Shown: piece after piece, positions 26,901 through 36,900 of the stretch
Layout of the letters: every line of letters begins with the position of its first letter
Position numbering within the stretch: the stretch's first letter is position 1
NCBI RefSeq assembly: GCF_009834535.1
Contig: NC_045708.1
Coordinates: forward strand, 4,030,001-4,094,000
Direction of reading: 5' to 3'
Source: Camelus ferus
Lineage: Eukaryota
Length of the DNA stretch: 64,000 nucleotides
Notes under the pieces: model-generated
The model's input: only the letters and a program-made list of their open reading frames with translations
The model's database searches: none
What the model was told of the DNA's origin: nothing
Program-made: the position numbers and the translations under genes

Positions 26901-29900
26901 CTCTATAAAAGCCCAAATCCCTTACGACTAAACCCTTGAGTTCCTGTATTCCCCAGCTGTTCATCCCACTCCAACCAGGCTTTCCCGCTCAGCAATCCAA
27001 TGAAACCACCCTTGTCCAGATTGTGAGTCCACACCTGGAGTTCCTTTCTCAGGCCTCAGGTCACCCTCAGCAGCATCTGACACTTCCACTTCCTTGCAAG
27101 GCTTCCTGATCACACTGGCCTGGTTTCCTCCAACATCAGTACACCCCCTCCTTCTCAGTCTCTTTGCCGCTCCTTCATCTAGATCTCTTCTTGGGAGTGC
27201 CTCGGGGCTCAGACCTCGAACCTCCTCATTTCTACCTGCAGCAACTCCCTTCATGCTATTACCCCATTTCATGGGCTTTGGAACACTCTTCTGTTGAAAG
27301 CTCCCAAATTTACACTCCCAACTCCTTGGAACTCCAGACTCACAAAGTCAGCTGCCCACCTGACATCTCCAACGGAATGTCCAACAGGCACCTTAAAGTG
27401 AACGGACCCAAATCTCCTCCCACAGCAGCCCTATCTCAGTTCATGGCAACTCCACGCACCCAGGTGATTAGGCCAAACAGCCTGGTGTCATTCCTCCACC
27501 CTTCCTCACACCTCACATCCAGTCTGATGTTCCCGTAGTTTACACTCAATTTACCGGCTCATGGGAGACAATCATAGTAACAGAGTTGACTTCAGGAAAT
27601 TAACAACATGGGCAGCAAAAACTTAGAGTTGAGGAAAGAGAGAGATGGGAGAAGGTGTTAAGTACACTGAAATTCAGAGTTTAGAAAAAATTTACTCTGT
27701 CTCAAGTTAATATACCAAGACATAAAGATAACCATTAAAAAAAAAAATGCCAAAATGGGGAGGGTATAGCTCAGTGGTAGAGTGTGTGCTTAGCATGCAC
27801 AAGGTCCTGGGTTCAATCCCCAGTACCTTTATTAAAAAAATTAATAAATAACCTAATTACCTACCCCCCAAAACAAAACAAAAAAGCCAAAAGGCATTTA
27901 ACCAACTACAATAGAAAAGGATGCCTTTCTCTGGGGGATGAAACTAAGGAGGGGGGATGGGTAGAAGACACAATATTCACAATATATCCTTCCATACTAT
28001 TTTTTTTAAACTATAAACATGTATTACGTTCTGCAGACTTACAGCACAACATGACAGACAGACTGATCTTCCAAGGGAGCAACCTACATAGTCATATGAT
28101 ATGACTGCTTTGGTGAAATTAATTAGCAAAATGCTGAACGAAAACTGGTTCTACCTCTTGTACGAAAATGTAAGATAAACCTGGATGGCTGGTTATGAAG
28201 TTCACAGTGGAGGTTCTCAGACGTTCCAGCATGATAATGGAACACAGAGGAGAAAAATTCTTCATCAAACAACGTCTGTCATCTGTAAAGACAAATATAA
28301 ACTACCTTAGACATACAACTCCTTTAAACTCTATGCCCGTTAGCACTACCTTCTCCTCTGCTAAATAGCAAATTTTTTGAGAGTAGGAATTATGTTTCAA
28401 ATCCTTTTTCAGGGGGTTGTACTGCATAACAGGAACACACCTGGGTGCAGAAGTCAATCAAGGTTTGCTACATTAAAGTTGTGTGGCCTTGGGCAACTTT
28501 TCTCATCTGTAAAATGGTGAGAACAATAGTTTCGCTCTCAGGACCCTGGTGAGGATTTAAATCGATGCAGTAGAGTGCAAGGTCTAGGCCACAGTCAGCA
28601 CCTACAAATGACCAGCCTTGTTAGAACACATCCTCACTGGGTCCCCCAGTTCTTCTCATTACCTCGGCTAAGATGAGATCTGAGCAGAGCCCGGGCTTCC
28701 CTTTTCATCTCCTTGCTCTTCTCAGGCACTGAATAATGGACTGCACTGATAGTCAGGCGAGAGTGGGTGTAGGTCGAGAAGACATCCTGGGCGGGCTGGC
28801 CTTGGCTGATGGCAAAACCCAGCACCTGCACCTGGCCATAGAGGCAGGTTACACGACAGATTCCGCTAAAAGTAAAGCCCTAGAGGGAGAGAAAAGAGAA
28901 AGGAAGAAAGAAGGTTACAGGTTCTTTTATTAATGAACTGAAAACGTCTAAGGCCTTAACTGGCTATTCACATATCAAAAGAAGGCTAATTTCTACGTAA
29001 CACAATACTTTGCGGGTGACTCATTAATAGATTAAACTATAAATATTTTTAACCTAAGATCATATCCCATGGCAGCCGCAGGGACAGTCTAGTGAACACT
29101 GACTCGAGGCGGTCCCCTGGACTCAGCTCTGCTGTTCTCAAGGCTCCCTGTCCTTACAAAGGTCCAGTGCCTGCGAGTCTCCCGTTCCTGGGTTTTCACT
29201 TCCCTCCTGTATTGAGGGAGACCTTCCAGACCAATGTCCAAGTGAAGAGCAGGGGCTGTCAGGGTCTGACTGCTGGCTCTTCCTCCACTCTTTTATCTTT
29301 TGGCAAGTTACCAAAGCTATACTGTATCTGCTCTTTCTGTAAATACAGTGGTAATGACTCCACAGAGAGTACGTAGTACTAAATGGAATCATACGCTTAG
29401 AACACTTAGAGCCTGGCATTTCTAAGCACCCGGTAAATGCGACCTATTGTTAGTATTGCTATTAAAGTCCCTTCCGCTCCGAAGACCTAGAATCCCCTCG
29501 GGAGGGTCCTCGTTACCCTACTCAGCACCACCGGCCGAGGAACGAGCCCGGCTTGCGGTTCGAGAACCAGCGGGGGCACGCAGTCCTCTCCCGGCCGGCA
29601 GCTCTGGGGCTGTCACTCCACCCCTCCTTCTCTGCCCGCCCGGATTCCCCGGCGCGACCCACCTGGCCGAGCGGCAGCAGCAACAAGGCGCGGCCCGGGC
29701 CGGCCGGCCGCACCGGCGGAATGGGAAGGATCGCAGCACAACTCGAGGCCGGGGCCGCCTCTGGGGCCGGGCTGAGGGCCGGGCTGCGGGCCCCGGTCTT
29801 GGGCCTCCGGGCCGCCGGCGCGCGCGACACCAGGCAGCCGCCCTCCCGCCAGTCCGCGCCGGCCGCCTGGGCCTGCAGCAGCCGCCGCCGAAGGCGCCTT

Positions 29901-30034
29901 CGGCCGCACCAGCGCAGGGTCCAGAGCCGGCGGCGGGGCCGGTGGCTAAGGATGAGCTGGGGCCGGGCCTTGCGGGCCCGCAGCCACGTGGAGCGGGAAG
30001 GACCCCGCTTGAGCAGCAGCACCGAGTCCGCCAT
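14959..30034 (-). CDS. NOL9: Polynucleotide 5'-hydroxyl kinase NOL9 (pre-rRNA processing), 12 exons, 693 aa, intact
   Basis: complement join: 29663-30034, 28663-28879, 28155-28282, 25322-25457, 25104-25200, 24452-24549, 20247-20408, 19784-20081, 19295-19406, 17286-17463, 15839-15972, 14959-15108 (2082 nt). All introns are GT-AG with consistent phases. Starts MADSVLLLKRG, has Walker A GSQDVGKST and the motifs DYLECDLGQTEF and NTMGWV, and ends KPKFYRKTN*. Confidence 0.97.
15290..15353 (+). mobile_element. Extremely 5'-truncated young L1 (64 bp) in NOL9 intron 11
   Basis: CATTGTAAAATGACTATAACTCAATAAAA plus poly(A); perfect 14-bp TSD AACTCAACCTCACA at 15276-15289 and 15354-15367. Confidence 0.85.
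18641..18770 (+). mobile_element. tRNA-Ala-derived SINE in NOL9 intron 9
   Basis: Same head and AAATAAATAAACCTAATTACC tail; partial TSD AATTCTTA. Confidence 0.9.
20729..20971 (+). mobile_element. Young L1 3' end in NOL9 intron 6
   Basis: L1 3' UTR motifs; perfect 16-bp TSD AAAAATAACAGGAATC at 20713-20728 and 20972-20987, with a TT/AAAA endonuclease site. Confidence 0.9.
21440..24330 (+). mobile_element. Cluster of old L1M fragments (ORF2 remnant ~22260-23700; L1MB/L1MC-type 3' ends) with a nested younger L1 3' end at ~22575-22770
   Basis: Degenerate ORF2 peptide MEKLILKFIWNCKG...AGRLTLPN...WYW...QWNRI, broken by stops and frameshifts; typical L1M 3' UTR motifs. Confidence 0.8.
26580..27540 (+). 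mobile_element. L2 (LINE2) remnant
   Basis: Typical L2 motifs (AATGAAACCACCCTTGTC, CAGCAGCATCTGACAC, CCTGACATCTCCA...TGTCCAACAGGCACCTTAAA). Confidence 0.65.
27757..27885 (+). mobile_element. tRNA-Ala-derived SINE in NOL9 intron 3
   Basis: GGGGAGGGTATAGCTCAGTGGTAGAG head and tail; approximate TSD AAAAA(T)GCCAAAA. Confidence 0.9.
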
Positions 30035-30940
30035 GCTGGCTGCCGGCCCCTGCCGCGCGAGAATCCCGCGAGATCCCGTCGCTCCGCCCCGCGGCCCGAC
30101 CAGCGGCCCAGGAGCCGCGGGCGCCCTCTGCCGGCGGCCTCGGCAGCGCACGCGGGCCTCTGCCTGCCTCTCCGAGGAGGAGGCCGCCAGCGGGGGGAGA
30201 TTAGGGGGCTCGATTTACATTATGCAAAAGCTCCACCCCGGCCGCCTCGAGAGGGAAAGTCAGATACCGCGAATCCAGGGCCATCTCTCCGGAAATCCAC
30301 CTAGGATTTATTTTTTCCTGCAGAAAAAGCTCCAGGACTGACGTTTTAAACAAAATCGGCCTATTTGCATACCCTCCGTTTGCATGCATTTGTCTCTGAG
30401 CTGAAGGGAGCGACCCTGTGTCACAAGGCCAAGCCAGGGTGATTCACTCAGGATGATTTCTATTTGAGGACTTGGGGGTTGGGGTGGCGGGCTGTGTACG
30501 AGTTTAACTCAAAGCCTGTCTCATTCGGTAAACTGAGGCCCAGGTCAAAGGTTCTAAAACCCGCAGCTCCTTGATGGCAGCCTTCCACATCCTGTTCCTC
30601 AGAGCCCCCAGGGAAGCTGAGTCCCCGCCTCCCTCCGCCTCCCCAAAATACCAGGGCTCCCTTTCTGAGCCAGGTGAAGCCACAGGCACCAGAGCAAGGA
30701 CAGAACCCACAACCATCCAGAGGAAGGGTCAGGGGTGCCGCCTGGTTGGCACCTGTGTTTTCACCCTGCTCAGTTCCTGAGTAGGACCGCAGGCCCGGAA
30801 GGCCAAGGCAAACAGCCCTACAACTCCAACAACTGGGCTCCAGTCCCTCCCCTTTCCAAGGCACGAAGCTGGGAAGCATCTGGGCAGCTGCCGGCCATTC
30901 TATTTAAAGAGCCCGACCCTGTCAGAGTGGGCAGCTCGGC
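29560..30940. promoter_or_regulatory. CpG island and divergent NOL9/TAS1R1 promoter region
   Basis: Dense CpG at ~29560-30330; the two ATGs are 935 bp apart, head to head. CGCGAGA twice (30056-30062, 30067-30073), CCGGAAAT ETS-like site near 30289, octamer ATTTGCAT 30363-30370, TATA-like TATTTAAA 30901-30908. Confidence 0.75.
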
Positions 30941-30969
30941 CATGCCAAGTGCAGGACCGTCTGGCCAGC

Positions 30970-33900
30970 ATGTTACTGTGGGAGACGTACCTGGTCAGCC
31001 TGCAGCTTTCCCTGTCCTGCTGCTGGGCCTTCAACTGCCAAAGCACCACGTCGTCTCCCGACTTCAGCCTCCCTGGGGACTACCTTGTTGCAGGCCTGTT
31101 CCCTCTCCACAGTGACTATCCAGGGGTGAGACGCAGACCCACGGTGACCTTCTGTGACAGGTGAGTGAGGGGTCAGCAGAACCGTCACCGAGGGGGACCT
31201 GTGCTTACAGGGCCCTCTGCCAGCCCTCTTCAGCAAGACCTTGCCGGTTCTGCCTCTGGGGTTACCATCTGAACCGCCTCCAGTCCCTCCCCAGCCTGCA
31301 GTTGCCACCCTCAAGTGCTGGCTAGACCGTTCCTGGCATTTTTGCCCAGTTTCCACTTTGTAATACACTACTTTGTCCTGGCTGTTTGTATTATAATTCC
31401 ATGTCGGTTATTTCCTGGCTTTGTGGTGTAAGTAGATGGCAAGGATTAAGCAAGGGTGGCCTTTCCCCTCTTCCATCTCCTCCTGGTTCCTCCCTGAATT
31501 CACACTCCTTAAGTCTCCCAGATGGCAAGTATGGTTCTCTAGGGGGAAGGAAGTGGGCACACATAGCAGTAGATGCTCCCGGAGATTAGCAAAGATAAAT
31601 TAGGTTGGTGCCTTCATGAACTCGACGGTCTAGGTAGGAAAAAACAACTGCTTTTCTTATAAAGAAGAGAGTTGCTTGCCATCTGTGCAAGTCATAGATC
31701 TGGGTGGCTTGAGTATGTTATCAGGGCTCAACATAGGAGGCCCTGAATAGGACGCACACCTGACAGCCAGCCCAGGAGGAAGGTTTTGGAAAGCCTGGTG
31801 CAGGAAGACTGGCCCAAAGAGCCACAGATGGGAGCCTAGTTAGAGGGGAGACTTGAGGGAGGAGGTGACAGATGAAAATTGGCTTCAGATAACTGAAGGG
31901 CTGTCATGGGCAGGACTCAAGGACAGAGTGACAGGAACAATAGCACAGCAGGCTAGCACACTCTTCAGGCAGGGCTAAGTCATGTCTCCAGAGCACCCCT
32001 GTCAGTGTTTCCCAGAGAGGCCATCAGGAACACAGGCCCTCACCACAGTCACGAGAGTCCCAGTGAAAAGTTCTGGTCAAACGAGGTAAAGCAGGTGCCA
32101 TGGTTAATTTCATCTGTCAGCTCGGCTAGGGTATGGTGCCCAGTTGTTGGCTTAAAACCAGTCTAGATGTTGCTGTGAAGGCATTTTTAGACATGGTTAA
32201 CATTTAGATCAATAGACTAAGTAGAGCAAATGGTCCTCCAGGATATAGGTGGGCCACATCCCATCAGTTGAAGACCTTAAGAGACAAGATTGAGGAAGGA
32301 TTTCTACCTTCAGCCTCAAGACTGCAACGCAAACTCTTGTGGGAATTTCCAGCCTGCCCTGCAATTCTCGGACTTGCCAGCCCCCACTATCACACGAGCC
32401 AGTTCCTTAAATAAAAACTCTTTTTCGCTCTCTCTCTGTGTACATATATTTATGTACCTCATCTTGGCTTTGTTTCTCTGGAGAACCCTAATACGACAGG
32501 TTTCTCTCCTACAGGACGTGTGAGACTTTCAGTGCTAACACGCCTGTGTGTGTTGGGAGGATATGTCGTGTGTATTTCTCCAGCTTGTCCCCCACTTCTT
32601 CAAACGCCTGTTACCAGAACTGTGTATGCACTACGGAGCCCATGTTGAGATCATGGTTCTGGGGACTGGACAGATGACCCAGAGTTTCCTTTCTCTCCAC
32701 CCCCCCACCCCGTCCTGGGGTTCCAGGAAGCCAGGGTTTCGGTGGGGCCTTGCCTTTCTCAGCTCTCGGCTTGGCTTTCCCTCTAGGTCCAACAACTTCA
32801 ACGGCCACGGCTACCACCTCTTCCAGGCCGTGCGGTTCGGCATTGAGGAGATAAACAACTCCACCACCCTGCTGCCCAATGTCACCCTGGGGTACCAGCT
32901 GTATGACGTGTGCTCGGAGTCAGCCAACGTGTATGCCACGCTGAGCATCCTGAGCACGCTGGGGACACATCGCGTGGAGATCCCAGGAAACCCCGCCCAC
33001 TCTTCCCCCATGACCCTGGCGGTGATTGGGCCTGACACCACCACCCATGTCACCACCACGGCAGCCCTGCTGAGTCCCTTCCTGGTGCCCCTGGTGAGCT
33101 GGGGCCCCGGCAGTTCGCTCATTGCCCCTCCAGGCAAGTCCAGGGTGGGCTGGGGTGGGTGGACAGAGTTGCTGTGCCCGAGGCCAGTCTGGACCCCTGG
33201 ATCTCCTGGGCGGTCACCGCTCCTTAGGTACCTGCCCCAGTGTTCCTTCCTCTCCAAGTGCTGCTCCAGATCTCCCTGCTTCAATGCTGCCTGGCAAATC
33301 CATTCTCCCTGGAAACTTCTGCCCCTCTCACTCCTCCCACTGTCCCATCACCTTTGTGCAGAACTGAACACCCTTCATTTCCCACCCCATGAACTTCACA
33401 TCTCCCACCCTGCAAACTTCACATCTCCCTGCTCTCCTCCCACCTCTCTGCTCCCCTCCCTCCAGGCTTAGAGGTGTGGTGCCCCTCCCTGTGCGGGCCA
33501 GTCCTGTCCCTCTGGTTCTCACCCCTTCCTCTGCTCGTCCACCTCTCCCTGGGCTTCCTCCTCAGCCCACCTGCTTGCCTCATCCCCCTCCATCCTCCAG
33601 GCACCTCTACTCTCAGCCTGGACTCCCTCTGCCCTCTTTCCAGCCAGACTCCATCCGGTTTGCTTCTCCCTCTTTTTACCTGCTCCTCCACCCACTGCCC
33701 TGGGTTCTGCCCTTCTGGCCAATGCTTGAGGGTGGCGATTGCAGGTTGGTAGGGATTGGATGTGGTTCAAGTGGCAATCTCAGAGGCAGAACCGGCAAGG
33801 TCTTGCTGAGGAGGGCTGGCAGAGGGCCTGTAGGTCTAGGTGGTTACCGCTCCTCAGTACTTGCCCCAGTGGTCTAGGTCTAGGGGGTCTAACCCTAGGT

Positions 33901-36900
33901 CTCCAATCCATTTTATCATTTTGACAGTTTTCCCTCTGCATTTATGACCCCCTCTTTCACTTGTTTCTGGTTTCCTTTAGAGAATTCTGCCCCCACCCCT
34001 GTGTACCCCTTCCCCAGAAGGCAGTGATTCCCTAGAGCAGACCCCTCCCCTTCCCAGGCTGGCCAAGACCCCCTGCTGAACTTCCCCTTCCCTTCTCTAC
34101 CTTCCTTCTGACTTCTGAGCACCAGACTCATTTCCAGATGCTCAACCTGCGCCCCCAGTTCAAGGACCAAGCAGGCCCCAAACTGAACTTACCTCCCTAC
34201 GCAACAAAAGCCTCTTTTCTCCTTGCATCCCTACCCCAGCCCATCTGGCAGAGTGACCATCCCTAAGGCAGCCAGAAACTCTGCAGCACTACCTACACAC
34301 CCTTCCCTGCCCCTGCAGTCTAGCCCGTCTCCACGCCCTCTGCCACGGGGCCCTTGTAACCACTGCCGACTCCTCCCCCGTTCTCTACAGCCATGGCCTC
34401 GGCAGATTTCACTCACACCATCCTCTCTCTTCCAGATGATTCCATCAGCTCCCAGGAGGTCTCTGGGAGGTCCTTGACTCTGGCCTTGAGCCTTCTTAAA
34501 CACGTTCCTCACTGAAATCAGAGATACACTCCTAAAACACAAGTCTGATGCCACTTCTCTGCCTAAACCCTTAGGGGCTCTTTAAGGCCTTCGGATAAAA
34601 CCCCAGCCTTGTAGCCTGAGAGCTAAGGCTTCCTGCCCAGACCAGACACATGTGCTCATGCTCTTCTTCTTCCTGGAACTGACCTGCAAGTCCCTAAAGG
34701 ACCCCACACACATACCATCTCAGCCCCTGCATGCAGGTTTAGTTCCCTTTGTCCCGGGGACAGATTCCCATCCCACACCCAGAAGTCTCCCTTGAGACCT
34801 AACCCCTTCCCCATATGTAACTTGTTAGCCTCCCATGTCGAGTAGTGAGAACCTGGGCCGGGACTGTCGAGTAGTGAGAACCCGGGCCAGGACCTTGTGT
34901 CCAGCCTTCCGGGTCACCGCACCCAGCTCAAGGCCAGCCCTGAGTCGAGGCTAATGCCACTGAAGTTGCTGAACTGAACCCCCACAGGTCAGCTACGATG
35001 CCAGCAGCGTGATACTCAGCATGAAGCGGCGGTACCCCTCCTTCCTGCGCACCATCCCCAGTGATGAGCTCCAGGTGGAGATCTTGGTGCTGCTGCTGCA
35101 GAGGTTCGGCTGGGTCTGGATCTCCATGGTGGGCAGCGAGGGCGACTACGGGCAGCTCGGGGTGCAGGCGCTGGAGGGCCGGGCCACCCAGCAGGGCATC
35201 TGTGTTGCCTTCAAGGACATTGTGCCATTCTCTGCCCGGCCGGGTGACGAGAGGATGCAGAGCATGATGCGCCACCTGGCTCAAGCGGGGACCACGGTCG
35301 TGGTGGTTTTCTCCGGCAGGCAGCTGGCCAGGGTGTTCTTCGAGTCTGTGGTGCTGGCCAACCTGACTGCCAAGGTGTGGATCGCCTCGGAAGACTGGTC
35401 CATCTCCAGACACATCAGCAGTGTGCCCGGTATCCAGGGCATCGGCTCGGTGCTGGGTGTGTCCATCCCGCAGAGGCTTGTCCCTGGCCTGAAGGAGTTT
35501 GAAGAGGCTTATGTCCGGGCAGACAAAGGAACCCTCGGGCCCTGCCCCAGGGGCTCCTGGTGCGGCAGCAACCAGGTCTGTAGAGAGTGTTGGGCTTTCA
35601 CAGAGATGCCCAGACTCGGAAAGTTCTCCATGAGCTCTGCCTACAACGCGTACCAGGCCGTCTACGCCGTGGCCCACGGCCTCCATCAGCTCCTGGGCTG
35701 CGGCTCTGGCGCCTGTGCTGGGGGCCGAGTCCACCCCTGGCAGGTAAGGCAGTCCTGCCACTGGCACTCCGTATCAGGGAGTCTTCCTGAAGCAAGAAGA
35801 ATGGCCACTCTTTGGTGACCCGAAGTGCCTGGGATTGGGGGGCAAAGGCCCCCAACTAGAGAGCTGATTCCTTCTCTGAGGCTCCTCTTAGTCCTCGCTT
35901 TTCTGAATCGTGGCCCCTCCCACCCACCATGCCTCAAATCCAGGGCTGAAAGTTGCTGTCAAGGGCTCCTTTGTTAAGAGGCTTGCTCTCTCTCAAGAGG
36001 CTGGTCGGGAGGGTCAAGGGGCCTCCTAGGAGGGGAGGGGGCCTGAGGAAGGGACCAGAACTTCCAGAAAGGCTGAAACCAGGCAGAGAGAAGCCCAGCA
36101 AGGCCCCACACACCCGCTTCCTGGGCTGTCGGGCTGGGAGTGTCCACGGGGAGCAGCCCGTGTGTCATCTACAGCTGCTCCGTCCTCCCTGTTTGTCTCA
36201 GCTTCTGGAGCATATCCGCAAGGTGAATTTCCTCCTACACAAGCACAATGTGATATTTAAAGACAACGGGGACCCCCTTGGTGGCTATGACATAATTGCC
36301 TGGGAATGGAATGGCCCCGAATGGACCTTCAGGGTCATTGGCTCCTCCACATCATCCCCAGCTCGGCTAGACATAAATACAACCAAAATCCAGTGGCATG
36401 GAAAGGACAACCAGGTAATGGGGACGTGGTCACTCACCAGGTGACTGCCTGATGGGCAGCCTGGAGCCTGGGGACACTCTGACACAGAGCAGGAGAGGGG
36501 AGCCCAGGTTCCAAGGCTGCTCTGCCTCTACGCAGCCCTGCCAGGGAAGGCCCCTAGGCTCACAGACAGATGTCCAGTTGCTGCTGGTTCACACAACTAG
36601 AGGCTCTGCCCTGGGAGTGAGCCGTGAGGGCGGATACACAGAGACCCAGTTTTCCATCCCACATGTGCATGTCCTTGACCTGGGCCCCTCCACATGCTTG
36701 CATAACACCTGTGGCTTCTTGCAGGTGCCTAAGTCTGTGTGTTCCAGCGACTGTCTTGAAGGTCACCAGAGAGTGGTTTGGGGTTTCCACCACTGTTGCT
36801 TTGAGTGTGTGCCCTGTGAGGCTGGGACCTTCCTCAACAAGAGTGGTGAGTGACCAAACGGTGAGTGGGCAAACCTCCCAGGACTCCAAGGATCTGCAGA

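Noticed and set aside
29447-30341. + strand ORFs of 285 and 262 aa over NOL9 exon 1, and a GTG-initiated N-terminal extension of NOL9
   Set aside because: CpG-island stop-codon depletion and antisense shadow; the orthologue-matching start is the ATG at 30034.
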